A DNA stretch of 62,973 bases, the filler included, from Reticulomyxa filosa (taxonomy: Eukaryota; Protista; Foraminifera), in NCBI GenBank assembly GCA_000512085.1. It is 13 parts of 13 records of this genome, joined end to end, with 100 filler letters (N's around TTAATTAATTAA, not from the genome) between each part and the next. Parts side by side here need not be neighbours in the genome. Positions count along the whole stretch, not along the records: positions 26,106 to 27,105 come from ASPP01042005.1; positions 27,206 to 29,977 come from ASPP01006352.1; positions 30,078 to 31,317 come from ASPP01034680.1; positions 31,418 to 44,990 come from ASPP01024015.1; 9 more parts are not named here. One strand, written 5' to 3'. How positions within the stretch are numbered: the first letter of the stretch is position 1; each line of letters opens with the position of its first letter. Below are positions 27,056-40,651 of this stretch, piece by piece. A program made the translations under genes and the position numbers. The notes below the pieces were generated by a model. It ran no database searches. It saw only the letters and a list, made by a program, of their open reading frames with translations, and was not told the origin of the DNA.

Positions 27056-27286
27056 CGTGCAAACACTTTTGCAACAATTGGAAAAGAAACGTTCGCGTGT
27101 TATGANNNNNNNNNNNNNNNNNNNNNNNNNNNNNNNNNNNNNNNNNNNNTTAATTAATTAANNNNNNNNNNNNNNNNNNNNNNNNNNNNNNNNNNNNNNN
27201 NNNNNTTTTTTTTTTTTTTTTTTGGATTGCTACGTATACATATATATGTAATGTATACGTAGATTTTTTTTCTTTTTTTTTTATAG

Positions 27287-28128
27287 GAAGATGCCAATGA
27301 AAAAAATTGGAGGAAAAGAACGAAGAGTTTCTCAGTGACTACGATTTTGAAACACTGAAATGGATGCAAAAAATGCAAGATCATAATGGACAGAATGCGG
27401 ATGCACATTGCTTACACTCGTTGCGCGACCTATTTCCAAATTGGATGGATGGACAAGACCATAGCAATGCAGAACGTGTGACGACCATGCATCCATTGGC
27501 GGCCAACATGGCAATAGATCAATTGCTGTGGCTGGTGTTGCGATGCTCCCCATCGCATTTGTTTCAAAGCGCAGTTCTTCATCATATGGACCTTTTGCAG
27601 GTATTAATGAAAATTGCATTCACGTCGACTGAACATTACACACGGCTGTCACATGTGACGAAAGTAATGGCCATTCACATTTTGACATGGATTCTGCCGT
27701 CGATTCATCCCAACGATGCCATCAACTGTTTCAGTCAGGCGATCGATTCTGCAAAAGGGGATAAATGTGATCCAAAGACCTTGCTGAACCACATTCTGCT
27801 TTCGATTGGAACTTGTGATTGCTACTCGTTTGCTGGCACTACCGACTCCTCTGGAAGTTGGATAGAGCATCCATCACGGAAAAAACAAGAGCCAGTGTGT
27901 TTGGCATTGATCCACTTGCTACGTATCTTATGTGAACACTCACAGTGGATTGCAAGTGTGGAAGATGCAATGGTGGACGTGTTGTGTCATCCAAGTGTGC
28001 AGAGCAAGGAGTGGAATGGAAATGGAGCCACAAGTGCAAACGAAAGAGAAGATCCTGAGTCTGATATCCATTTCGAATCCAATTCTCAATCGCAAGGATA
28101 TAAGTCTCCACGTCATTCTAACGATAAC

Positions 28129-28164
<36 letters not shown>

Positions 28165-29977
28165 GATAATAATAATGATAGCATGCCACGAGACACAACA
28201 GAAGAAGATGAGAAACAGCCTTCAAAATGCTTGGATCATCCTCCAACGAAGAAACAAACAAGTTTGGAGGAGCACAAACAAGAGAGGGAGAAAAAAGAAG
28301 AGCCAACAGAAATGGAGTTGGATTTGAGTGAGCTGCATGCAACATTCCACGTGCAGGTGCTTCGAAAGATCTTGGGCATCTTTGCAATTCTCGGAGAACA
28401 TACTCTCGGATTACACGAAGGAGGGAGAGTATCCATTCGCAAAATGCGCAAGAAAGATGTTGTCCTTGCGACCATTTTGAAACTTAATGGTCCCGAAGTC
28501 ACTGCCATTGGCGACAACGGCGTAGTATACGTCATCAACTCGAATGTAAAGACGCACAAGATTGACCCGGTTGAAAACATCCACTTTCCGTTTTTAAAGT
28601 TGTGCGCACCAGACAAACTCTTGGCTCTGTTGCAGCGCTATTTCCATCAATGCTTGCACAACTTTCAAATATCCAATTGGCTGAGGTCCACTATTATTCG
28701 CAGAGTGTTGGGCATCGTTCAAAAAATTTCCTGTTTGAAAGAATTCGCTCCATTGTTGCAAAGATCACGTATCCTTGGATTGATTGCCTCTCTATCCATT
28801 GAAGTTCTCACTCCTTTATTTTTTTATTTTGTATCTCCTAACAACTGCAAATCAATAATAATAATAATAATAATAATAAACATATACATACATATATACA
28901 CATATATATATATATATATATGTATAAATGAAACAGCCTCTGATATCTTTGCGAAGCCAACCCGAGTTGTGGCGTGCAATGTCGATACGTGAAAACAGAG
29001 ACGAAATGTCATGGAGGGAGAAACTTAAATCTGGCGATGTCATCGATGCCAAAGACAAGATGGGGAAATGGTTTGAGTCGGAGATACTAGGAAAGGAAGG
29101 AAATAGAATCAAAGTGCATTATTTGGAATGGAGTTCAAAATGGTAAGCCAATGCCACAAATAAACCGCAAAAAAAAAAACAGTGTATATTATGCAAGCGT
29201 AGTAGTCACTCCACACATATAATATAAAAAAAAAAAAAAGGGATGAATGGTTAGATATTCAATCACCTAGAATCGCCCCTCGCAATACTCATACGGATGG
29301 TAGCTTCAAAAATCGTGGTTATAAGTCATTGTCAAAAGCGGAAAAGAAGCAAATGCAATTGAAAAAGAGAGATCCCACAAAACGAATTCAAATTTACCGT
29401 GACTTGCTATGCCATTTCAGGGAGTACCTGTCCGCCTGTGTCAAAAATGCTGTGATCACTATTGCAAAGTCTGCCACTTCCGGTTATGTATACGTAGAAT
29501 CTTTTTTTTTTCCCTCTCTCTCTCTTTCCCCCTACCCTCCCTCCTCCAAACTTATTCAAATGTTTAAATCGCACATACCTAAAAAAAAAAAAAAAAAAAT
29601 TTAGTAGTAAAAAAATAAGCATCCAAAGAGACCCTTCAAGCTTAACGACGTCAAGGTTTTCCTCATCCCAATCATTGTCGCCCAGTCGCAGCAATGATAC
29701 GAATGGCCGAGAGAGTAGCTTCAATCAGCACAATATTGGCGTGCCATGTCCGAACCACGCGTTTTGTGGACGTCAGAACAGCGCGTACTTTGCAGTGCAA
29801 CACGAGAAGACGTATTGGAAAGACATGATCGACCCTACTTTTCAGTGCGAAATTGCGGGCCAAAATGGTGGGTCAATCTTTGTCGATGACAGCTACGGCA
29901 AGACTGTCGCATTGCATGATGGACAAGTCTTGCGCTTTCAAGTCGATGACACTTTCAACTCTTTTATTGAAAGTGAG
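27287..29977 (+). CDS. Internal fragment of a very large protein: helical scaffold + Tudor/MBT/chromo-barrel-like domain
   Basis: A 561-aa exon is followed by spliced WREKLKSGDVIDAKDKMGKWFESEIL...IKVHYLEWSSK|WDEWLDIQSPRIAP, a Royal-family barrel pattern (VHYxxWxxxWDEW). Confidence 0.65.
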
Positions 29978-30077
29978 NNNNNNNNNNNNNNNNNNNNNNN
30001 NNNNNNNNNNNNNNNNNNNNNTTAATTAATTAANNNNNNNNNNNNNNNNNNNNNNNNNNNNNNNNNNNNNNNNNNNN

Positions 30078-31317
30078 GAGTTGATTAGTGCATCATAGCC
30101 TCCAAATCGAATACAATCAACAAAACTGCTGTTTGTAGTGCAACGTGCATAACGTGCTTGATCATTTTCACCATTGTGAAGTAATACAAAATCTCCCCTA
30201 GAGGCTCTAGCAATTTGCATTGGAAATTGCATAATCACTTGTCTTATGAAATCATCTCCATTTCTGGAAGGACTGTGATTTTTCACTAATTTCAAAATAT
30301 CTTTCAGATGAATTTGTTTGTTTGTGCTATCAATTGCAATGGGTACACATTGCCAATCCAAATGTGTAAATATTTTTTTGGTGTCATGATTAACTTTTTT
30401 ACACGTATGCAACACCAATTCAGATGCTTGTGCTATTCGTTTTCTCGATATCCATGATGATTGATTTTCGTTTGCATCCAAGAGAACAGATAAATGAAGA
30501 GTCAATTTAGACTGTGAATAAAATTCCGGCTTGGATCCAAATTTGCCTAAACTATATTCAATGTAATCTAATTTGCTTGGCTTTTTTGCTCTAGATTTCC
30601 GATCATCGCTGGCAGTTAAATTTTCATACATGGATGTTAATTTGATATGTAATTGTGATTTTTTCAAGGATACTTGCAATGGCAGGCAATGGAGAACAAA
30701 TTGGTCATTCAAAAAAGCGATATAAATTTGTTTTTGAAGGATTAATTTGAGTCGAACGTCATATATACCATTTGGTGTGAATTCCTTTGGTAACACCAAG
30801 CTACGCACAAGTTCTTTGGAGTCATCGAGTGCATAAAAATCGCATTGCACAAGGCCGGTCGGTGTACGTTTCACTGGAGGGATAATTGCAGGACTAGCAG
30901 TAGTAATGGTAGTAATCGACTCAGGTTCAAGAGGCTGCGTTTCTCCTTCTTTTGTGTCTGGATGCGCACTTCCAGGTTCATTGTTTTCACCAGCCGTTTC
31001 ACCAGGTGTTTGTACATTTCCTTCGGTGACTACGTCGTTGTTATGATCAACCTGCATCTGTGATTGTGCTGTTACAACTTGTTCTTGTTGTTCTTTTTCT
31101 TCTTCTTGTTCTTGAGGTTTTATTCCAACAATATATCCACCTTCCAGTGTCATCATCACTTTGGAGTATTGTTCTTTGCAAATAATTTCGCGTTCATTAT
31201 TGAACAGACTAGTATCCAAAGCAATACAACGGATTGTATTTTTGTTATCCAAAATGTATAAATTACCATCTTTGTTGTCGAAGCACATACTCAAGAGATA
31301 AAAGTTATCAGGTAATA
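30078..31317 (-). CDS. Internal fragment of a large protein, possibly upstream of a very-large-GTPase (VLIG/URGCP-like) domain
   Basis: The frame is open for more than 400 aa. Its end, IMQFPMQIARA...FVLLHNG...IRFGGYDALI, recalls the segment before the P-loop in such proteins. The P-loop itself is not in the contig. Confidence 0.3.
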
Positions 31318-32400
31318 NNNNNNNNNNNNNNNNNNNNNNNNNNNNNNNNNNNNNNNNNNNNTTAATTAATTAANNNNNNNNNNNNNNNNNNNNNNNNNNN
31401 NNNNNNNNNNNNNNNNNGACATCAAATTTAAACACAACATCCCAGCCAGCACAACAAACATAGATTTTTTTTAATAAATACATAATCTTTTATTACTGTT
31501 TAAAATGTTTGCAATTTGATTCAAAGTAATATCATTAACATGCACTTTTGTTCCTGGTTGTAATAGTTATAGTTCATTATTATTTTATATTTGGTTTAAT
31601 TTACATTTCTTTTTTTCAAACTAGGAATTGTTTGTGTTGATTTCATTGTTTGTTTGTTATGTTCTTGTTCGTATTCATCGTATTTGTATTTGCATTGTTC
31701 ATCTTTGTCTTGTTCGTACTTGTGTCTGTGCTCGAGCATATATTAGTGTCTGTTAGTATTTGTGTAATTGCCTATACTCGGGTTTACGTGGATATTATTC
31801 GTGTTCGTACTCGTGTAAGTCTATTTATTTTTGTTTGTGTTTTTGTGCAGTTACCTTGTCAATGTTTCCTTATTTGTGTTTGTATTCGTCTTCTTCTCAT
31901 TGTTTTCGCGTTCGAATTTAAGAATACATTATAAAATTGATATATTACAATTGATAATTTATTTGACTTGAATAAAGTGTAATAAATAATTATGTCATTA
32001 TTATGTCTATATGTTGTTTTTTCATGTAAGTATATTATTTTGTTTACAGTGAGTTCAGCTGATAAAATGAGCAATTGTTGAAGAATTGAGACAGCAAACA
32101 AAATCCTTTGAAGAACACGAAAGTGGGGCTTTGCCTGGACAAGAGTAAATGCAAAAAGAACGAAAAAAGGTAGTTTTGTAATTTTTTTTAGTTTTTTAAG
32201 TTACAGAAAAAAAATCACACAAATAGCTATTTTTTAAATAGCATTTTGGTTTAGGGTTAACATATTTGCCCTTTAAATAGTCCTGCAAGTCAAAGTTCTG
32301 AGATAATCCTAAATTTATAAATTTTAACTGGTTCAAAGGCAAAGCTCTTTTAACTAAAAAACTTAAAAAGAGCTGTTTCAACATAGCCCCTTTAAAAAAA

Positions 32401-33360
32401 ATGAATTCGGATAATCACGATCAGATTCAACCCAATTCAGGAACTTTTCGTCGTATACTGTATGAAAAGCAACCGTTTTCGGACAACTATACTCATCCAA
32501 CGTTTCCTTACTTAGCGATTTTCAATCGAAACGCAGTCTTTCGACCATTTTCAACATATGTGTTGAGATCGCTATGGGTGTTTAATCATATTTCAATCGT
32601 GTCAATATTTTACTCAATATTCCTGTGTTGCGAAAACGAATGTGTTCCAAACGGTCGCACCTCAAGTGTATTATTTGTGATGAATATAATGATGTTAACA
32701 TTGGGTTTTTGCGTGAATATATTTGTTGGCAGCACAAATCTCAAAACAATATTTCAGCAATGTTGTGATATGTATGTATTGGGAATATTGTTAATACTCT
32801 TGTCTCCATTGTTGCGAACATTGACAGTGACCATTTCCACCGACACAATATGGGCCTTATCAATTCTTTGCACATTTTGTCATCTTCTCACTGCAGATTA
32901 TTCTCAGCAAATGCCAATGGATAATACTTTATCATTGGGTGCCTCTGTATTTACGTCTGTACTATTGGCGTCCAGATTGAAGAGTAATATAACCGCAACC
33001 GCGTTTTTGTTGTTTTCATTTTTGTTGTTTGGATTACTTCCTTATTGCTTGAGTCAATTCTTGCACAAGTGCAAGAATATGAGCCAGTATCACAAATGGG
33101 CATGTGAACTTATCATTTCTTCTTCTTTGAGTGCATTGTCTACCCTTGTCATTTGGCAACAAAAACACACTCAAGATAATCGAGTTATATCCTTATTTTA
33201 TGTGTATTTATTTTCATGCTTTATTGTCGCAATTTTGGGTCCGATTGGCTTTTGGAGAATTCAACATTATAAAGTCACCATCTCCGGTCCGTGGAGTTAT
33301 GATACGGATGGAGAAGCTGCACAAACTGCTGAATTGTTCCAACGAATTTCCAAAAATTAA
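32401..33360 (+). CDS. PIGC: Phosphatidylinositol N-acetylglucosaminyltransferase subunit C (GPI2), intronless
   Basis: RRILYEKQPFSDNYT, LSPLLRTLTVTISTDTIWA, LASRL and YKVTISGPW are present, with multiple transmembrane segments. Confidence 0.93.
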   Translation: MNSDNHDQIQPNSGTFRRILYEKQPFSDNYTHPTFPYLAIFNRNAVFRPFSTYVLRSLWVFNHISIVSIFYSIFLCCENECVPNGRTSSVLFVMNIMMLTLGFCVNIFVGSTNLKTIFQQCCDMYVLGILLILLSPLLRTLTVTISTDTIWALSILCTFCHLLTADYSQQMPMDNTLSLGASVFTSVLLASRLKSNITATAFLLFSFLLFGLLPYCLSQFLHKCKNMSQYHKWACELIISSSLSALSTLVIWQQKHTQDNRVISLFYVYLFSCFIVAILGPIGFWRIQHYKVTISGPWSYDTDGEAAQTAELFQRISKN

Positions 33361-33679
33361 AAGATCATTTTTTAAAATTGTGTTAATTTCTTTTCCTCCA
33401 CAACAAAAAGATTAAAAATGTTCAACAAAAATCTCAACTCTAAACATTTTTTACTACAGTAGTTGCCTCATGCTTCATTTTATTGCAGTACAACGCAATA
33501 GAGTCAAATTGACTAAATCTTTTTATTTAATAAATTTTCGCTTCTAATTTTTTCCACAACGAACAAAATCTTGTTTTAATTGATCCATTTCTTGTGGAAA
33601 CTTGTCGTATATGGAGTGTGCAGATGTGTGTTGTCCAATAGTCACTTGATTTTGTTTTGGATGTGGTAATTAGTGATTG

Positions 33680-34310
33680 AAAACAGCTATTTTAATTCTA
33701 TCATCAAAGAAAATGTTATACAAAAATATCTGAATGTTTATAAGCAAAATATTTGCGAAAGTTGTAACTCGAACAGTATTATCAAAGTAAGTGCTACAAA
33801 AAACTTTTTTCGAAAAATTGTTTGTTCAATGCTAGCAAATTTCAATTCAACACTTTCTTTATTGCTATGCCATAACATGGCAGTTGCCGTTTACAATGTC
33901 TTTTCACAGCATTTCCGAATATTTGATTCGAGCCAATGCTGGAATTGATAAATCTTTCACACTTCGAGTTTTACGTCTAGTACTTTCAATAAGAAAGTGC
34001 AACTTGTTTCATCTTCTTTTCGTCATTTTCTTTGTTTGGTAATTTGCTCATATTTGGCCAGCACCATCATCACTTCGAGTAATACTAACCTTCGCATTTG
34101 CCTAGCATATGCTTTTTCTTCTTATTGCATCTTTCTATTGATTTTTGTTTGTAATTTTTGCACTAACAAGTCTATAATTTTTTATACATTTTCAAAACTC
34201 TTTGAATACTGTTCGGAATATACACGCTCTTGCATTGTATTCAGTCATATAAATCAGATTTATATTAATACAATCTCACAAATGTTCTTCTTATTGCTAC
34301 ATTTAATCTT
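33680..34310 (-). pseudogene. Decayed coding-like sequence with several in-frame stops
   Basis: One minus-strand frame reads as E/K/Q-rich helical protein (MQERVYSEQY...V*KIIDLLVQKLQ...Q*EEKAYARQMRR) broken by TAA/TGA. The family was not recognised. Confidence 0.35.
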
Positions 34311-35291
34311 TTATTAAAAAAAAACCACAATGACCTCGTTATCCGATGTGCCGAATACAAAAAATATATATATCTTTGTGTCAAAATATGTATTATGATA
34401 GATTATTTATAAGAAACTATTCACAACATCACATCATATATATTTTTCAACTAAAAGACAAATTTGTGCTAATTCTCCAAATTGTGTCTATATCTGGATT
34501 TAATATTTGCAATTAGCACAACATATCGCATTATAACGTCAGTGTTTTCAAGAACTGTTCAAATAAAAAATTTAAAAACACTCAATTTCGAAATTAAAAA
34601 AGATAACTTATAAAAAAAGGTAATTCATAAAAAAAAACTTACCTTTGCTCAACAAATAATAGCCTCAACACCAAGTGCAACATTCCGTCTTCAAATTGTT
34701 TTCCACCAAAATCGAACGTTGGCTATGTAGTAATTCTATATTTTTTTACTGTTGGACAACAACTTGAAATAACAAATAGTTTTAACAAAAACACAACAAA
34801 CACTCACGTTTGAATAGTCATAGCTTAGTTCAAATAACTTTGATTTAATAGTTAGAAAAAAACAAGATAACTCAAGTAAAAATGTTCTCCTTTTTAAACT
34901 ATTTTCCAGTTTTTTGTTTTTTTTTTTGTAATACAGTCTTTTTGCTTAATCAATTATTGAATATTCTCGCAATATTTTTAAATATTCTATTACATAGACA
35001 ATTCTAGTTTGCTCAATGCAAATGGTTTGTTATAAAATAGTTTTGAATATTACTTTCGAAAGTCAATTATCCATTTGCAAGTATAAAAAATAAACAAAAC
35101 TGCAAATATTTTTAATCTCAATAAAATTTCTTTCGTTTTTTTTGTTTGCACTATGAAAAAATTATTTTGGAACAAATCAAGTTTCAATATTTTTGTGTAA
35201 ACATTTGATGAAGTTTGAATAGTTCGTCGGTGGAAAGTTTTTGTTTGTCAAAAAACTTTTACTAAAATTGGAGAATCTTTCACGCGCAATC

Positions 35292-36337
35292 ATGTATTTA
35301 ATTCTTCTTGTTTTCTGTAGTTTTTATCTGAAAAATGGTGTTTCCAAAATTACAGCCGCAGCAATTTTACCACACGGTGATTTTGCCTATGACCCTTCAC
35401 TTGTGAATTACGAAAACGGATCTGCACAACTGCACAATGCGTCACTGTTGGTAGGCGAGTGGATTGACAACATCATCCAACCCGACTTAATTTTTTTGTC
35501 AACACCTCATGGGATGGAACTAACACGAGATTTTTTGATCTACTCCAACACAAATGACAGTGGCTATGCAGTAATAGGTGACAACACCATTTTTTTAAAT
35601 AAAAACAATTTGTTGAAATTGATGAAATGACTGAGCTAACAACAAAAATATACAAAAGGAAACGATCTGTTAGACCCTCTACCCAATCAGACATATCAAA
35701 TTTTCGGCAACTTAAAACCAATGTGGATGCGGCCAATGGATTAATCCAACACTTGTTGGATGCAAACAGCAATAACAATATTACGGGAATGATTGGATTT
35801 GCAGATAGCATACCTTTATTTATTTCCTGGGGAGAGCTTATACCAACCTCGTTTTTAAATGGCTTGAGCAACAGCACACGTGAATATATTATTTTTTCTC
35901 AGCCATTGAGAAGATACAACAATAGTGTTCAAATGATCCCTGAATTATTAAGCGTGGGAGGACAGATTTTTTCTTTCTTTGAAACAAATAGCCTTGTCAA
36001 AGACTTAAATGTCCTCGTGTTAATATCCGCAGATCTGGCTCATACCCATCTAAGTAATGGCCCCTACGGCTATTGCACTTGCGCCGAGCCATATGATATG
36101 TTCATCAGCAAATGGGTTCAATCAATGAACCGAACATATTTGCTGACAGGTGCTGCACAAGAGCAGTCATTGGGTGCCATGTCATGTGGATTTACCGGCT
36201 TTGTCTTGCTGCAAGGAATGTTTGATGAAAGTATTAAAACGAACACCACTAATCAAGTGTGGGAGTCTCAATTGCAATGTAATTACCACCCAACATACTA
36301 TGGTATGGCAGTGGCTAATTTCACACGACTCTTTTGA
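35292..36337 (+). CDS. Secreted LigB/MEMO-fold (class III extradiol dioxygenase subunit B-like) protein, one intron
   Basis: A signal-like MYLILLVFCSFYL is followed by AAILPHG, STPHG, LSWGE-like, ISADLAHTH, SCG and PTYYGM. Confidence 0.75.
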
Positions 36338-36713
36338 GTCGTATCAGATTCACGAAAAATTGTTAGATTATAAATTTTTTTTCTTTTTTTTTTCACAAAT
36401 TGGAAGCAATTTCAAAGTTTTAACTTCCCTCTGTTAATATTCAGTAGGATCTCAACAGATCTTTTTTGTTTCCTAAACTGGAAAGGAAAAAAAAGTCAGC
36501 GACTGGAAAGAACATAAGAAAAAAATAGGCAAACACAACAAATAACAAAAAAAAAACATTTCAAGGTTTTAATGAACAAAATGTTACAACACTCCTCAGA
36601 AGCTGACGAAGTAAGAATTTGCGAAGTATTGATCCATAACACATCCACAGCAAAGTACAACAAGAAAAAAAAATCACAACAAAAGCGAAGGCTATACAAC
36701 ACCAACAAACTTT

Positions 36714-39700
36714 TTAGAAAGCTGTTTCTTGATTCGCTTCAGGAATTATGTTATCTTCTCCACCTTCTTCGGCATCTGCAACTGGTTCCTCAAAAGGTGT
36801 ATTACCCATAGCAGCAATGTCCTCATCACTGTCATTGTCTAGTTTGCCTGCTGTTCCAAAGTCAACAGGTTTGATTTCTGGCTGCGGCGCCAAAAAGCCA
36901 TCGCCCATGCCCATATCCAACACAATGTCCATATTTGGAATCGAACCAAAGTTCACCATCCCAATATCTTCCGGTTCACTTTGTAGCTCTTTTTTTACAG
37001 GTATATTCTTAGGTATGACACTTTGCACCGGTGCATTCTTTACTTTTTTGTTTTCCACGACCGGTTCATCCAAGTGTCCTCCAGTGTCTGTGTTTCCGCC
37101 CAAGATAGCGTCGTCATTGTCATCATCATCGTCATCACCTTCACGTTTTTCGCCCATCTTGTCACCATCGTTGGTGTTGATAATATCACCCATGTTTTCT
37201 TCGTCTTTCTTTTTCTTCTTTTTGTTACTTTCATCATCTCCTGGCGTTTCCATATTTTTCGGTACGGCAATTGGTGCCTGAGCACAAAGTATTGACAATT
37301 GTCAAATTTAATATGTACATTTCATCATTCAAAAAAAAAAAAAAAAAAAAAGATATAACACATATAATAATATGTACTAATATGTTTTGAGACTGAACAT
37401 TCAAGTTAATGTTGTCATTAGGTGCATCTTCTCCCGAAGAAAGCGCATCAGTGGACAACATGAAAGGATTAGCATTTTTGCCCTGAGCTTGCAACTGAGC
37501 AATAAGCTGGGCATTTTGCCATTGCACCAATCGCGCCAACTCTTCAGGAGGAAGATTCATGTTTAACGCGGAGGTGTTCATAATGTAATTGTTCAAATTC
37601 CCTGCCACTGAATTGGGGTCGTACATACCCATGCCCATTCCCATACCCATACCCATACCCATACCCATTCCCATTCCCATTCCCATTCCCATACCCATAC
37701 CCATGCCCATGCCCATGTTGGGATCCATTCCTCCCATGTTATACGGGGAGATAACTGGGACATTGGGTGCCACTCCACTGCTCATACCCACGTTACTGCC
37801 GCCCATGCTTGCCAAAGACTAGGAGCGATACATAAAAAAAAAAAAAAAAATTTGCCTTACATTTGCGATAATAACGCAAAATCCAAAAACAAACAAATAA
37901 ACAAAAAAAAAAGCAAGACATAACGATTGCATTGTATTGTTGAGCTTGCAACTTGCTCTTCAACATACTGTTCAACATTCCGGTTACTTGTCCACCTTCT
38001 CCGTCGCCAGCATCGGCGCCGTTTTCTCCATCGCCTGAGGTGTTGGTTGTCTTGCCACCCAAGAACAAGGCATGGGTTAAGGCTTCTTGGTTGGCAGGAT
38101 TTTGATACGGATCGTTGAACCGTTGCAAGCCGGACAACACTGCCGCCCCGACCATCAGTTGGTTGGTTTCCATTTCCTTCATTCGACGACGTCGCGTATG
38201 AATAACAAAAAGGAAAGTTACGCTAAATACGACGATCAACAGTATCATCACGATCACGGGCACAAACCAAGTCTTGTGAGTCACCCCATTGTCACTGCTT
38301 TGTTGTTGTTGGGCTACGTGTGTTGTCGTATAGCTGGGTGGTGGTGAATCTCCATCCTGGAGACCTTTTTTGGATATTGGTGTGTGTGTGTGTGTGTGTG
38401 TGTGTGTGGTACATTTGGTATTGGTGTTGTTGTTTTGTAATGTTATCCCTCTTCCCTCCTCCCTCACTTATTACTACCCATATTTAAAATTTAAAAAAAA
38501 GTAGTATACGTAAACGGGGGGTGCATTTTGCGATTATGCAACACATGATCAAAATAGACAAAAAAAAAGGATATTTATTTAAAAAGTATACCAGTGTTAT
38601 CGTAAAGGACAACGACATCATCGACAGTTTCAAGTATGGAAGAGAATTGGTTATTAAGCATGGTGTCAATATCGGTGGCAAGGTCCTGCAACGAACCCTG
38701 CAAAATATCTACCAAGGTATTTCCCAAGTTGCGGTCGTCGGTACTAACCTTGCAAAAAAAGAGCACGTTTGCATCGGACAGCAAGGACCTGGAATTGGAG
38801 CGAAGTCGCCGCTGTGAGCCTTGTCTGGGATTTGTTCCCGTGTCGCTCGGATTGGACTGCCACGAATCATAATCGGTGACACTGGTGACAATGACTTTGA
38901 AATAGTTTTGCCATTGCTGTCGCAGAAAAGAGACTTCGTTACTGGCGGCCGTTTCAATTACAAGTGCCGTATAAGTGCTGTTTTCTACGTTTTTCCACAA
39001 GTCTCTGGTATCGATGTACTCATTGCTCGTGAGCGAACCGGAGACCACGACTCGAAAGTAGATCACATAGTCGCCGAGAATGACAGGGGTCGGACTGGTC
39101 GTGGGCTGCACCGTGGGCTTGCGTGTCATTGTAGTAGGTCTCTCCGTGGGACGTTTACTGGGACGACGAGTCGGAAGTCGCGTCGGTCTTTTCGTGGGCG
39201 ACAGCGTTGGCGAAATGGAAGGCGCAACCGAGGGTGATACCGAAGGCGCACCACTTGGACTTGTCGTAGGTAGCATCGTCGGGGCGGTGGTGGGCGACAC
39301 TGTCGTGGGACGACTTGTGGGATGTTTCGTCGTCGGAGACTGTGTCGGTGACGCCGTTGGCGCACTTGTGGGCAATGCCATCACATTACTTCGTTGTATT
39401 GTCGCGTCTCCAACACAACATGAGCCCGAAGAGCCCCCTAAATTGTATACGCGGTTAATGTTTCCTAAGACGAACACTGATGCCGAGAACTCCGTGCCGT
39501 AGGCTAGTCTGTTGGAAAGAATTTTCGTTGAATTCACGGTATCTGTTTCATTATTATTATTATTATTATTATTTTTTTTTTTGTCATTAGTTTTAATAAA
39601 CTTTATATGTACATATATGAAACATATATACATATATATATATATGTATGTGTTCATATATGGATGTGTTACACTTAACCGTAAATGACCACATCGGAGG

Positions 39701-40651
39701 AATAAGACTCAGAACCGGTGTAACCACCAAAAAGGTAAATGTAAGATCCCCAATTCACACACGAAGCATATTCCGCATAGTAAGGTAGTGTTGCTACTTG
39801 CTTCCAGTTCGCAGAAGCAAATTTTGAAAATGATAGTCTGTATATGTTCGAGTCACTACCGCCCAGTATATATATGAAGTTGTTGATTACTTGAACGCAT
39901 GGGCTATATTGGTACGAGGGTGGGGATGGTCCTGTTGTATCATTTGAAAGATAGGAAAAAATATGTGCTCAGAGAAGAAGAGGAGAGAGAGAGAGGAAAA
40001 AAAACAAAACATAAAAATGCTCAAGAGTATACAAATACCAGTTATTGCTTCGGATGTATTAATTACAATTTTAGTGGCGGTAGTGTATGTCACCGCAATT
40101 ACTGCAGTAGCTGCGTCATCAATGCCCAACGACCCATACCAGTCACCCGAGGGCAAAGTCACCCAGGGGCATTTTCCTGTTTTCGCTTTTGAGCCGGTCA
40201 GACGATAATAACACACATAACTTTGACTGATATAGTAGAGAGTGTCCCCTCCAGTAACTGCTGCGTTCATCCTGGTATACGTAATCCCATTGGGGTTGCT
40301 TGCTTCATATTTTGAACTACCTGTGGTTGGATCATAGGATAGTATTTGATCGCTCCAACCATTGGAATATCCAACCACTATGTAGATTCTATTTTTTAAT
40401 ACATTCATAAAGATGTCCCATTCACAACCCTTGGCAATTTTGCAACTAAAGATAGTGCAAAACAAAATCAAAAATTAGAAGAGAAGATCCATTTTCCTTA
40501 ACTTTCCGTTCACTTTGTGGTAAGCCGCTGAACCATAATAAAAACCCGTGACGAGTTGATCATTTGTTACAGTAAAATTTTGTAATTTATTATCCGCGAA
40601 TTGCTTGGCAAACACGCATGCCACTGCTAAAGAAAAAAAGAAAAATGACAT
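36714..40651 (-). CDS. Type I membrane protein: signal peptide, Kelch-like propeller, Pro/Thr/Ser mucin-like stalk, TM helix, low-complexity cytoplasmic tail
   Basis: Starts MSFFFFSLAVACVFA. Contains Kelch blades (IYIVVG, YILGG, IYLFGGY), PT(x)SPT repeats, TM WFVPVIVMILLIVVFSVTFLFVI followed by HTRRRR, and an (MG)n plus acidic tail. Confidence 0.7.
37628..37717 (-). repeat. Coding (ATGGGN)n repeat, about 15 MG units
   Basis: Tandem cccatn units are visible on the + strand. Confidence 0.9.

Noticed and set aside
31650-32101. Hydrophobic + strand ORF and degenerate repeat
   Set aside because: It looks like decayed low-complexity repeat sequence, and no family was recognised.
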